Assembly (NCBI GenBank): GCA_031372565.1 | Contig: JANMLN010000177.1 | Span: forward strand, 1-57,822 | From: Gemmatimonadota bacterium | GTDB taxonomy: Bacteria > Gemmatimonadota > Gemmatimonadetes > Gemmatimonadales > Gemmatimonadaceae | DNA length: 57,822 bases | Direction of reading: 5' to 3' | Part shown: piece after piece, positions 18,908 to 28,152 of the stretch | Position numbering within the stretch: position 1 is the stretch's first letter | How the letters are laid out: each line of letters opens with the position of its first letter | The notes under the pieces: generated by a model | Databases searched by the model: none | Told to the model about the DNA's origin: nothing | What the model saw: only the letters and a program-made list of their open reading frames with translations | Made by a program: the position numbers and the translations under genes

Positions 18908-19974
18908 GCGGCGAAGGCGCGGAGCGCGTCGATCTCCGCGCCCACCTGCGCCATCAGCGCCCTGCGCTCCCCCCACGGGAGGAACGCGCTCTGGAATCCG
19001 TTCATCGCGACGTCACACAGTTCATCGAGCGTGAAGCCCAGGTGCACGTTGGCCGCCACGTACTCGTCGGTGAGGGTGACCGCGCTCATCAACCGGTTGT
19101 CGGTGTTGAGCACCACGTTCAGCCCGATGTCGTAATAGCGCCGCATCGGATGCTCCGCGTAGCTGCGGGCCACGCGCGTCTGCACGTTGCTCGTCAGGCA
19201 CAGTTCGAGCGGCACGCGATGGTTGCCGACATAATCGACCAGCGAGGCATCCTCGATGAGGCGGGTCGCGTGCCCGATGCGATGTGCACCGCACTGGTGC
19301 ACCGCATCACGGATCGACGCCGGCCCGTCCCCTTCCCCCGCGTGGCAGGTACACGCCACGTCGTGCCCGCGCGCATGGCGAAACGCCGCCTCGTGCTGGG
19401 ACGCGGGGAAACCTGCCTCTGCGCCCGCGAGGTCGAAGCCGACGACGCCGCGCGTGCGGTACGCAACCGCCAGTTGCGCCAGCTCCATCGACACCGACGG
19501 CGCGTGCGTGCGGAGCGCCGTGATGATCGTCCGCGCGACGATCCCCGTCTCTGCCTCGGCCCGCGCCAATCCACGCAGCGGCGCCTCCACGGTCGCCCCC
19601 AGATCGAGCCCGCCCCGCTGGGTGAGCACGGGACAGTACCGCACCTCGAGGTAACGCACGCCGTCAGCCGCGGCGTCGATCGCGAGTTCGTAGGCGATCC
19701 GTTCGAGCGCGGCCTCGGTCTGCATGACGCCCAGCGTCACCTCGAACCGTTCGAGATAGTCCTCGAGGTGCCGCGCGTCGAGCACGTGCATGTAGGCGGC
19801 CAACGCCTCCGGTGTCTCGCGCGGCATGGTCACGCCGTAGTCGCGCCCCAATTCGATCAGGGTGCTGGCCCGCACCGACCCGTCGAGGTGGCAGTGCAGT
19901 TCTGCCTTGGGAAGTCGGCGCAGCAGCTCGCGGTCCACCGTCGGCGGATTGGTCTGCTCATGCGACCGGCTCAC
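18904..19974 (-). CDS. add: Adenosine deaminase
   Basis: LPKAELHCHLDGS, GFDLAGAE, HAGE, RIGH, ELCLTSN, LNTDN. Confidence 0.96.
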   Translation of the reverse strand: MSRSHEQTNPPTVDRELLRRLPKAELHCHLDGSVRASTLIELGRDYGVTMPRETPEALAAYMHVLDARHLEDYLERFEVTLGVMQTEAALERIAYELAIDAAADGVRYLEVRYCPVLTQRGGLDLGATVEAPLRGLARAEAETGIVARTIITALRTHAPSVSMELAQLAVAYRTRGVVGFDLAGAEAGFPASQHEAAFRHARGHDVACTCHAGEGDGPASIRDAVHQCGAHRIGHATRLIEDASLVDYVGNHRVPLELCLTSNVQTRVARSYAEHPMRRYYDIGLNVVLNTDNRLMSAVTLTDEYVAANVHLGFTLDELCDVAMNGFQSAFLPWGERRALMAQVGAEIDALRAFAA

Positions 19975-20213
19975 TCGGAGTCCTCTCGCTGTCCACCGCG
20001 CACCACACGGTAGATCGCGCCGCCGTGCACGATGGTGTCGCCCGAGAGCGGCAGGCCACGACTGTCGGTCAGCGCGCGCTCCCCCGTGCGCAGCTGCTCG
20101 GCGACCGCCCGGTCCCAGCTGGCGACCGCCTCGGCGGCGCTGGCGCCTGGCGCCACATCGACTGGCGCGTTGTTCACGTATACCCGAATGAGCGCTGCTG
20201 AGGCACTGTCCAT
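19971..20213 (-). CDS. Small hypothetical protein, possible beta-grasp (ThiS/MoaD-like) fold
   Basis: IRVYVNNAPVDVAPGASAAEAV pattern; stop overlaps the add GTG start (GTGA). Confidence 0.75.
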   Translation of the reverse strand: MDSASAALIRVYVNNAPVDVAPGASAAEAVASWDRAVAEQLRTGERALTDSRGLPLSGDTIVHGGAIYRVVRGGQREDSE

Positions 20214-20387
20214 CCTGGAAATCTATCCATCGCCGTAGCCATCGGGGACCCCGCCCACCTCGTTGTGCTGTCGAGAGTTAGCCCGCGAGCGTCGGCCGTC
20301 GACGGCGTTGCGCATCGCCCCCCGGTACGGAACCTTTACAGCATTGACCTTTTCTTCTCGTTACAAACCGTCCATCCTCATCGCCAC

Positions 20388-21038
20388 GTGAACGCTTCAG
20401 CATCTGCCAGCCGTCCGCCACTTCTCATCGGAATCGCCGGTGGCACCGGTTCAGGAAAGTCCACCGTCGCCCGCAACGTGGCGGCGGCACTTGGCACCGA
20501 CGCCGTCGCGTTCATCGAAATGGATGCGTATTACCGGGATCTCCACGAGATGCCGCTGGACGATCGCAAACGGCGCAACTTCGACCATCCGGATGCGTTC
20601 GATCTTGAGCTACTCACGGCGAACCTGGCGCGGTTGGCGGAAGGCTCGGCAGTCGAGGCCCCGGTCTACGACTTTCGTGCGCACGTCCGCTCCCCCGCAA
20701 CCCGGCACGTCGCACCAGCCGCCGTCGTGGTGGTGGACGGCATCCTGCTGTTCGCTGAAGAACGGCTGCGGCGCCTGTTCGACGTGAAAGTGTTCGTTGA
20801 TGCAGATGCCGATGTCCGGCTTGGTCGCCGCATTCGCCGCGACATCGCCGAGCGTGGCCGACAACTCGACGACGTGCTTGATCAGTACTTCACGACAGTC
20901 CAGCCCATGCACCTCCAGTTTGTCGAACCGAGCAAGCGCTACGCGGACGTGATCGTGCCGCGCGGGGGACAGAATCTGGTGGCCGTGGAAATGATCGTCG
21001 CGAAGATCCTCCGACGCCTCATGGAAGGCTCGCCATGA
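20388..21038 (+). CDS. udk: Uridine kinase
   Basis: LIGIAGGTGSGKST, D.YY, NFDHPDAFD, RRIRRD..ERGR, PMH.QFVEPSKRYAD.I.P.GG.N; GTG start approximate. Confidence 0.95.
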   Translation: MNASASASRPPLLIGIAGGTGSGKSTVARNVAAALGTDAVAFIEMDAYYRDLHEMPLDDRKRRNFDHPDAFDLELLTANLARLAEGSAVEAPVYDFRAHVRSPATRHVAPAAVVVVDGILLFAEERLRRLFDVKVFVDADADVRLGRRIRRDIAERGRQLDDVLDQYFTTVQPMHLQFVEPSKRYADVIVPRGGQNLVAVEMIVAKILRRLMEGSP

Positions 21039-21748
21039 CGACCCCCTCGTCTGACCGCGTTCTTGTTGTTGACGACGAAGCCGACATCGTGGCCCTCGTC
21101 GCATATCACCTCGCCAAGTCCGGGTACAAGGTTTCCACCGCCTCTACTGGCGCCGATGCCCTGGCGCTCGCCCGTCAGGAGCGCCCCGCGCTGATCGTGC
21201 TGGATCTGATGCTCCCGGGCATGTCCGGCTACGACGTGCTCACGCAGCTGCGCGCCGATGCGTCGCTGCGCGAAACCGCCGTCCTCATGCTCACCGCGCG
21301 CCGCGAGGAGGCCGATCGCATTCAGGGTCTCTCCTTGGGTGCGGACGACTACCTCACCAAGCCCTTCTCGCCGCAGGAGCTGGTGCTCCGGGTCGGGGCC
21401 ATTCTCCGACGCGTCGGCGCGACGCCGAGCGGCAACGACGCGCTGGCCGTCGGGCCAATCCAGATCGATCGGGCAGCCCACCGCGTCACGATCGAAGGCG
21501 GTGAGATCGACCTCACGCCCACCGAATACAAGCTGCTCGTCACGCTGGCCGAACGCCGTGGACGGGTACAGGCACGCGGGCACCTGCTCGAGACGGTGTG
21601 GGAGGCTGCCCCGGACATCCAGACGCGCACGGTCGACATGCACATCCAGCGCCTGCGGACCAAGCTGGGTCCTGCGGGAGAGCTGATCGAGACCGTACGC
21701 GGCTTCGGCTACCGCATTCGAGGCGGGGCGCAGTCGCGCACCGCGTAA
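21035..21748 (+). CDS. phoB: OmpR/PhoB-family response regulator
   Basis: VLVVDDE, LDLMLP, GADDYLTKPFS, LTPTEYKLL, RTVDMHIQRLR.KL, TVRG.GY; sits at the head of the pst cluster. Confidence 0.9.
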   Translation: MTTPSSDRVLVVDDEADIVALVAYHLAKSGYKVSTASTGADALALARQERPALIVLDLMLPGMSGYDVLTQLRADASLRETAVLMLTARREEADRIQGLSLGADDYLTKPFSPQELVLRVGAILRRVGATPSGNDALAVGPIQIDRAAHRVTIEGGEIDLTPTEYKLLVTLAERRGRVQARGHLLETVWEAAPDIQTRTVDMHIQRLRTKLGPAGELIETVRGFGYRIRGGAQSRTA

Positions 21749-21750
21749 GC

Positions 21751-21828
21751 GTCGTCCTGGGCGAAGCGAAGGACCTGCTTGTCCGCATCGAACGGCACAA
21801 GCAGGTCCTTCGCTCCGCTCAGGACGAC
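21751..21828. repeat. REP-like inverted pair (long hairpin)
   Basis: GTCGTCCTGGGCGAAGCGAAGGACCTGCTTGT...ACAAGCAGGTCCTTCGCTCCGCTCAGGACGAC between phoB and phoR. Confidence 0.9.
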
Positions 21829-21843
21829 CACTAGTTTCACCCC

Positions 21844-23562
21844 GTGCGCCTGATCCCCCGTTTCGTCGCCGGTACCTTGGCCATCGTCGGCGCGCTTGGG
21901 GCGGCAGTCATCCTCGCAGGCGACGCGCGCGAACGGCGGGCCGCCCGCGAAGGTGAAGTCGCCCGCCTCGAACGCGAAGCCACCCTCGTCTCGTCCTGGT
22001 GGCAGCGTCAACCGACGGCCGGTGGCGGGGTGGCCGAGGAAGCGGCGCGCACGCTCGGCGTTCGCGTCGTCCTGATCGGACGCAATGGCGTTCGTGTCGC
22101 AGACTCCGATGCCAGCGGCAGCAACCCGCTCGACGCCGAACGACTCGGGAATCGCCCAGAGGTGGCGGCTGCACTCGCGGGCAACCGTGGAACCGCCGAG
22201 CGCGATGATGGGGCCGACGGCCGCCCCAGACTCTACGTCGCCATTCCCGCCTCGGGTGGTGTCGTTCGCCTCGACCGCCCCATCGACGAGATCGCTGCCC
22301 CGGTGCGCAATGGCCGCCAGACGCTCGCGGCCACGGCTGCCATCGCCGTCGTGCTCGCCGGGCTCCTCGCCTTCCTCGTGGCCGCGGGGGTGTCCACCCC
22401 GATCATTGGCCTGCGCGATACCGCGCGCGCGCTCGCCAGCGGCGATCTCGCACGTCGTCCCGCCCTCGAGGCGCCCGGCGAGGTCGGCGAGCTCGCCAAT
22501 GCGCTGCATCGCCTTGCGGAGGCGCTCTCGACGCGCGTTGCCGCGCATGCCGCCGAGGACGCGCTCGTCAACGCCACGCTCGAAGCGCTGCATGAAGGGG
22601 TCGTTGCGGTCGACGCCCGCGCCAACGTCGTGCGCGTGAACGAGACGGCGCGCCGCCTCCTGGGCACGCGCGATCCGCTCCCCTTCGCTTCCGACCTCCT
22701 GCCACGCGACCGGGCGCTCCGCGAGGCCATGAGTGCCGCGCTGGCCGGGGTGCCGACCGACCTCGTCGAAACCACGCTCGGCGACCGGACGCTGGCCTTG
22801 GCGGCTCGGCCGCTGGCGCAGGGCGGCGCCGTGCTGGCGGTACTCGATCTCACGGCGCAACGCCGACTCGAAACGATTCGGCGCGATTTCGTCGCCAACG
22901 TCTCGCACGAGCTCAAGACGCCGTTGACGGTGGTCAGCGGCTTCGCCGACACGCTGCTGGATCCCGACCTGCCGCCCTCGATTCGCCTGCAGTTCGCCGA
23001 AACCATCCGGGCGCATGCGCAGCGGATGCAGCGGATCGTGGACGACTTGCTCGACCTCTCGCGCATCGAGTCGGGAGGTTGGATCCCGAACCCAACCGAG
23101 CTCGACCTTGCCGCCCTGGCACCCGACGCCGTCCAGGTCGCCGCCGAAAAGGCCGACCGACAGGGGGTCACGCTCGATATCGCCGTGGAACCGGGGGCCG
23201 AGTTGGTGTGGGCCGACGCCACGGCGATGCGGCAGATCCTGTCGAACCTCGCCGACAACGCGGTGCGACACACGACGAGCGGTCGCATCACCGTTTTTGC
23301 GGAGCGCTCGGACGGTGGCGTCCTCGTGGGGGTCCGCGACACCGGCAGCGGTATCCCACCCGAGCATCTTGGGCGCATTTTCGAGCGCTTCTACCGGGTC
23401 GATCCGGGGCGTTCGCGCGAGCAGGGAGGCACCGGTCTGGGGTTGGCGATCGTCCGGCATCTGGTCGAATCACACGGCGGCCGGGTCCTCGCGGAGTCCG
23501 TGGTGGGGGCCGGAACGACGATCAGCTGCTGGTTCCCACCGGCCGTCGGTCGGGCCGCGTGA
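21844..23562 (+). CDS. phoR: PhoR-like sensor histidine kinase (sCache-HAMP-PAS-HisKA-HATPase)
   Basis: Two TMs, NRPEV, DFVANVSHELKTPLT, NL.DNA, DTG.GI, FERFYRVD..RSR..GGTGLGLAIV.H. Confidence 0.92.
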   Translation: MRLIPRFVAGTLAIVGALGAAVILAGDARERRAAREGEVARLEREATLVSSWWQRQPTAGGGVAEEAARTLGVRVVLIGRNGVRVADSDASGSNPLDAERLGNRPEVAAALAGNRGTAERDDGADGRPRLYVAIPASGGVVRLDRPIDEIAAPVRNGRQTLAATAAIAVVLAGLLAFLVAAGVSTPIIGLRDTARALASGDLARRPALEAPGEVGELANALHRLAEALSTRVAAHAAEDALVNATLEALHEGVVAVDARANVVRVNETARRLLGTRDPLPFASDLLPRDRALREAMSAALAGVPTDLVETTLGDRTLALAARPLAQGGAVLAVLDLTAQRRLETIRRDFVANVSHELKTPLTVVSGFADTLLDPDLPPSIRLQFAETIRAHAQRMQRIVDDLLDLSRIESGGWIPNPTELDLAALAPDAVQVAAEKADRQGVTLDIAVEPGAELVWADATAMRQILSNLADNAVRHTTSGRITVFAERSDGGVLVGVRDTGSGIPPEHLGRIFERFYRVDPGRSREQGGTGLGLAIVRHLVESHGGRVLAESVVGAGTTISCWFPPAVGRAA

Positions 23563-23602
23563 CGGGTTCGTGACAATTCAGTAGGAATTCGGTTACCGAA
23601 TC
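23559..23602. promoter_or_regulatory. Pho-box-like 11-bp direct repeats upstream of the TonB-dependent receptor
   Basis: GTGACgggttc GTGACaattca GTAGGaattcg GTTACcgaatc at 23559, 23570, 23581 and 23592. Confidence 0.65.
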
Positions 23603-23673
23603 GAGAAAGACTTATGGCACCCGGCGAGACGTTGGCTGGGAAGGTTGTATCGTCTCTTTCCGAATTCGGAGCC

Positions 23674-26439
23674 ATGTCGCTCTCTCAGATCATTGTCACG
23701 GCGCGCGCCGTTGCTGCTGCGCTCCTCCTTGTCCCCGCGCTGACCGCCGCGCAGGAGACCCCCACGGGCCGTATCGTGGGTCGCGTGGTTGACGCCAAGT
23801 CCGGTGCCGGAATCCAGGCGGCCGGTGTGCAGATCGTGGGCACCACCATCGGCACCCAATCCGGCATCGACGGTCGCTTCACGCTGCTGAAGGTCCCGGC
23901 CGGCACCGTCACGCTTCAGGTGCGCCGCATCGGCTACAACGCCAAGACGGTGACGGGGCTGCAGCTCGAGGCCGGTGGCGTGCTCGAGCAGAACGTGTCG
24001 CTCGACGGCGCGACGGTCCAGTTGCAGGCGACGGTCGTCACCGCCGAGAAGGAGCGCGGTTCGGTGAGTGCCGCGCTCGACCAGCAGCGCAATGCAACGC
24101 AGATCGTGAATGCGATCACGTCCGAACAGATCGCCAAGAGCCCGGATGGTGATGCCGCGGCCGCCGTGCAGCGCGTCAGCGGCGTCACGGTGCAGGACGG
24201 CAAGTACGTGTTCGTGCGCGGCCTGGGCGAGCGGTACACCACCGCCTCGCTCAATGGCGCGCGCATCCCGAGCCCCGAGCCCGAGCGCAAGGTCGTGCCG
24301 CTCGACCTCTTCCCGAGCGGCATTCTGCAGTCGATCACCACGTCCAAGACCTTCACCCCCGACCTGCAGGGCGACTTCAGCGGCGCGCAGGTGGACATCA
24401 AGACGCGCGAGTTTCCGGCCAAGCGCCAGTTCACCTACTCGTTCTCGAGCGGGTTCAACGATGCCGCCACCGGCCAGCAGGTGCTGCGGGCACCGCGCCA
24501 GGGCGGCGAGTACCTCGCCCTGATCGGCGACAAGCGCAACATGCCGTCGACGCTGCAAGGGGTGAACTTCACCTCCCTCAACCAGCTCGGCGTGAATCGT
24601 ATCGTGCGGTCGATGACATCGAGCTGGTCGCCGACGCAGGCCACCGGGCTGCCGCAGGGCTCGATGAGCGCGTCCGCCGGCGGCAGCGACCCGATCTTCG
24701 GTCAGCCGATCGGGTACCTGCTCTCGGCCTCCTACAGTGCGGCGCAGGAGATCAAGCGGGACCACCGCTTTGCCATTGGCAATGCCGGCGCGGGCGGCAC
24801 CGTGGTGCCGCAGTCGCAGTATGCGGGCGAGACGGGTCGCGTGAGCGCCCTGTGGGGTGGCATTGCCAACTTCAGCACGCTCCTTGGCACGTCGACGCGG
24901 GTCGCCTTCAACAACACGTACTCGAAGACGTCGGACAACGACGCGCACCAGGACGTCGGCTTCAACGAGAACCTCGCGGACACCGTGCGACGCACCACGC
25001 TGCGGTACGTCGAGCGGGGCATCTGGTCGTCGCAGCTGGCCGTGGAGCAGCAGGCGGGGAGCCACGCCCTCGACTACTCCGTCACGGGTTCGGGTACGTC
25101 GCGCCGCGAACCGGATCGCAGCGACATGGCACACCTCGTGCGCAATGTCGGCGGCGTTCGCTCCTTCCTCCTGCTCGGCTCCGACCTCGACGGCGCGCGC
25201 CGGTCGTACTTCGACCTGAGCGAACGGAACATCGCCTTGCAGGTCAATGATCGCTGGGCGATCGGCGATGTCAGCAGCGGCAATGCCGTCAAGTTCGGCG
25301 CGTACTTCCGGGGCACCTCGCGCGAGTCGAAGGCGCCGAGCTACAGCATCATCACCACGGGGCTCCAGCCAGCCCCCCTCTCGCTGCCGCTCGAGCAGCT
25401 GATCTCGCCGACCTACGCCTGCGACGCGTGCACCAACTTCAACCTGCAGCCGATCGGCCAGGCGGGCGATTACGATGCGAAGGACCGCTTGATTGCGGGG
25501 TACATGATGGCGGACTGGGCCCTCGGCAAGCGCACGCGCCTGATCGGCGGCGCGCGGATCGAGAACGCGAACATCGAGGTCAACACCGTCACCCAGTTGG
25601 GCGCGCGCTTCAACGCGACGATCCGCAACACCGACCTGCTCCCCTCGCTGGCGCTCAACACCGCGCTCTCGTCCACGCAGAACCTGCGCGTCTCCGTGTC
25701 GCAGACGTTGGCCCGCCCGGAGTACCGTGAGCTCTCGCCGGTGCAGTTCCGCGACGTGCTCGGCGGCATCAGCGTGACCGGCAACGCCAACCTGCGTCGT
25801 TCGCTGATCCAGAACGCCGACGTGCGCTGGGAGTACTTCCCGTCGTCGTCCGAGGTCTTCAGCCTCGGCGGCTTCGTGAAGCGTTTCGACAGTCCGATCG
25901 AGCGCATCGAAGTGCCGAGCTCGGGCGGCGTGAACGCCACCTACGTGAACGCGCAGTCCGCGCTCAACTACGGTCTGGAGCTCGAAGCGCGGACCGGTCT
26001 CGGTCGCGTGACCGACGCGCTCGAGGACCTGACCGTGTTCTCGAACGTCACGGTGATGACGAGCAGCATCGACCTGGCCGCCGCCGGCGGTGGCAACCTG
26101 TCGAACCCCAACCGCGCGATGGTCGGCCAGGCTCCCTTCGTGGTCAACGCCGGCATCACGTACAACTCGCGCAGCGGACGCACCAGCACGACGCTGCTGT
26201 ACAACGTCGTCGGACGTCGCATCTTCGCGGCGGGCCTCCTGCCACTCCCGGATGTCTACGAAGAGCCGCGCAACATGGTCGACCTCTCCGTGCGCTTCCC
26301 GGTGATGAAGTCCCTGGATGCGCGGTTCGACGCGCGCAACCTGATGGACGCCGAGTACCGCTTCACGCAGGGCACGATCGTGCGTGAAGCGTACCGCGCA
26401 GGGCGCGTGGTCTCCGTCGGGCTGTCCTGGCGCCCGTAG
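23674..26439 (+). CDS. TonB-dependent outer-membrane receptor with N-terminal carboxypeptidase-regulatory-like domain
   Basis: GGAG RBS, signal peptide, GRIVGRVVD, plug motif RVSGVTV.DGKYVFVRGLGERY....LNG, barrel motifs LARPEYRELSP, GN.NL, ARNL.D, C-terminal VGLSWRP. Confidence 0.95.
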   Translation: MSLSQIIVTARAVAAALLLVPALTAAQETPTGRIVGRVVDAKSGAGIQAAGVQIVGTTIGTQSGIDGRFTLLKVPAGTVTLQVRRIGYNAKTVTGLQLEAGGVLEQNVSLDGATVQLQATVVTAEKERGSVSAALDQQRNATQIVNAITSEQIAKSPDGDAAAAVQRVSGVTVQDGKYVFVRGLGERYTTASLNGARIPSPEPERKVVPLDLFPSGILQSITTSKTFTPDLQGDFSGAQVDIKTREFPAKRQFTYSFSSGFNDAATGQQVLRAPRQGGEYLALIGDKRNMPSTLQGVNFTSLNQLGVNRIVRSMTSSWSPTQATGLPQGSMSASAGGSDPIFGQPIGYLLSASYSAAQEIKRDHRFAIGNAGAGGTVVPQSQYAGETGRVSALWGGIANFSTLLGTSTRVAFNNTYSKTSDNDAHQDVGFNENLADTVRRTTLRYVERGIWSSQLAVEQQAGSHALDYSVTGSGTSRREPDRSDMAHLVRNVGGVRSFLLLGSDLDGARRSYFDLSERNIALQVNDRWAIGDVSSGNAVKFGAYFRGTSRESKAPSYSIITTGLQPAPLSLPLEQLISPTYACDACTNFNLQPIGQAGDYDAKDRLIAGYMMADWALGKRTRLIGGARIENANIEVNTVTQLGARFNATIRNTDLLPSLALNTALSSTQNLRVSVSQTLARPEYRELSPVQFRDVLGGISVTGNANLRRSLIQNADVRWEYFPSSSEVFSLGGFVKRFDSPIERIEVPSSGGVNATYVNAQSALNYGLELEARTGLGRVTDALEDLTVFSNVTVMTSSIDLAAAGGGNLSNPNRAMVGQAPFVVNAGITYNSRSGRTSTTLLYNVVGRRIFAAGLLPLPDVYEEPRNMVDLSVRFPVMKSLDARFDARNLMDAEYRFTQGTIVREAYRAGRVVSVGLSWRP

Positions 26440-26487
26440 CCACTCGATGATCGTGTGGCGCCCGCTCATGCGCGGGCGCCGTACGGT

Positions 26488-26520
26488 GTGACCGGTCCGT
26501 GACGCATCCGTGATTCGATG
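26488..26520. promoter_or_regulatory. Pho-box-like 11-bp direct repeats upstream of the lipoprotein gene
   Basis: GTGACcggtcc GTGACgcatcc GTGATtcgatg at 26488, 26499 and 26510. Confidence 0.65.
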
Positions 26521-26595
26521 GGCACACGAATGAGGCTTGTTTCCTCGTAGCCCTTCACACCCGGCTGTTTCCCCATTCCTCGACACTTCATTCGC

Positions 26596-28053
26596 ATGCG
26601 CGCCCTACTCCGTTCTCTCCCGATCGCCGCTGTCGCCCTCGCGGCAGCATGCTCTGACTCCTCGACCTCCGGTGGTACGAGCCCGACGACGACCGGCTCG
26701 GCGGTGCTCTCCGGCGCGATCACGACCAATCGCACGCTCTCGAAGGACACCACCTACACGCTGAGCGGCTACGTCACGGTCGCCAACGGCGTCATCCTCA
26801 CGATCCCCGCCGGCACCAAGCTCGTCGGCGATACGTTGATCTCGGGCAGCGCCCTCTTCATTTTGCGCGGCGCACGCATCATCGCGAACGGCACGTCCTC
26901 GGAGCCGATCGTCTTCACGTCGGCGCGCTCGGCGGGCAACCGTCGCCCCGGCGACTGGGGTGGCTTGATCCTCGTGGGGAACGCGCGCAACAACCGCAGC
27001 GGCACGGTCATCGTCGAAGGGTCGGGTGGCGGCCCGGGCACCGGCACCGTTGGCATTGTCTACACGGGCGGTACCGACGACACGGATAATTCGGGCATCC
27101 TGCGCTACGTGCGCGTGGAGTTCGCTGGGTTCGCCGTGGCCCCGGCCGAAGAGCTCAACTCGTTCACGTTCGCCGCGATCGGCAGCGGGACGACCCTCGA
27201 GTACCTCCAGTCGATGGCTGGCCTCGACGACTCGTTCGAGTGGTTCGGCGGCACGGTCGACGCGAAGTATCTCGTCTCGTACGAGTCGGGCGACGACCAC
27301 TTCGACACGTCCGAGGGCTACCGCGGCCGCGTACAGTTCCTGATCGGCCTGCAGACCACCGTCATCGGGCCGACGCCCGGGACGGGTTCGCCATCGCTTG
27401 ACCCGCAGGGCTTCGAAGTCGACGGCTGCAACGGCACCGGTTGCACGGCTCCGGTGGGCGGCAATGCCCAGAGCTCGGGCGCAACGACCGGCCTCTGGAA
27501 CATGAACACCTTTGCGAACTTCACGCTCATCGGCCCTGGCGCCGGTGTGCTGCCGGTGAGTCAGGGCATCGGCGCGGTGCTGCGCCGCGGCACGGGCGGC
27601 ACGTATGTGAACGGTGTGTTCGGCCGCTGGCCGACCCGCGCGCTCACGATCCGCGATTCAACCTCGAACAACCGCCTGCTCGTGGACTCGCTCACCATCA
27701 GCAACATCTTCGCGGTTGAGAACGGTGCGAACACCGACCCGGGCAGCGCGACCGAGTTCGGCACGCAGGCCGCGATCGGCGCCAACATCGACTCGGCCGC
27801 CGCTGGCGTCACCGCAGCGAGCGTCCTCGGCGCAGGATTCCCCGCTGCCGGTCTCGTGCCGACCGTCGGCACGCTCAACTGGCAGCCCGGTGCAGGCTCG
27901 CCGATCGCCACGGGCGGCCTCGCGTCGTTCGCCGGCACGCCGCGCATTGCGGCCCGCGCCGGTTCGTTCATCACGCCGACCGCGTACCGCGGTGCCGTGA
28001 GCCCGACGGGTCCGGCGTGGTACTCCGGCTGGACCGTGTACTACCGCAACTAG
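26596..28053 (+). CDS. Gly/Thr-rich surface lipoprotein, probable beta-helix (TBDR-associated)
   Basis: Lipobox LAAAC; LTIPAGT, PIVFTS, GDWGGLILVG.A, DNSGILRYVRVEFAG, ELNS.T, DDSFEWFGG, GDDHFD, GFEVDG. Confidence 0.85.
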   Translation: MRALLRSLPIAAVALAAACSDSSTSGGTSPTTTGSAVLSGAITTNRTLSKDTTYTLSGYVTVANGVILTIPAGTKLVGDTLISGSALFILRGARIIANGTSSEPIVFTSARSAGNRRPGDWGGLILVGNARNNRSGTVIVEGSGGGPGTGTVGIVYTGGTDDTDNSGILRYVRVEFAGFAVAPAEELNSFTFAAIGSGTTLEYLQSMAGLDDSFEWFGGTVDAKYLVSYESGDDHFDTSEGYRGRVQFLIGLQTTVIGPTPGTGSPSLDPQGFEVDGCNGTGCTAPVGGNAQSSGATTGLWNMNTFANFTLIGPGAGVLPVSQGIGAVLRRGTGGTYVNGVFGRWPTRALTIRDSTSNNRLLVDSLTISNIFAVENGANTDPGSATEFGTQAAIGANIDSAAAGVTAASVLGAGFPAAGLVPTVGTLNWQPGAGSPIATGGLASFAGTPRIAARAGSFITPTAYRGAVSPTGPAWYSGWTVYYRN

Positions 28054-28057
28054 TCCC

Positions 28058-28125
28058 GGCCGGAAATCTTTCGGCCTGCGCATCGCGCGGCGGCCGGTGC
28101 TCGATTCACGGGCACCGGCCGCTTG
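28058..28125 (+). terminator. Two consecutive hairpins after the lipoprotein gene
   Basis: GGCCGGAA-atc-TTTCGGCC (28058-28076) and GCGGCCGGTGCTCG-attca-CGGGCACCGGCCGC (28090-28122); weak U tail. Confidence 0.55.
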
Positions 28126-28152
28126 CACATTCCCTCCTGCCCGTCCCTTGCC

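Noticed and set aside
20330..20370. Pho box upstream of udk-phoB
   Set aside because: Only one GTTAC; neighbouring TTTAC and TTGAC are not in 11-bp phase.
23593..26586. 997-aa minus-strand ORF, and similar long ones at 15391-18129, 30744-33221, 49665-52616 and 54717-57077
   Set aside because: Fully antisense to well-supported genes, Arg/Ala/Gly-rich with no motifs; expected at this GC content.
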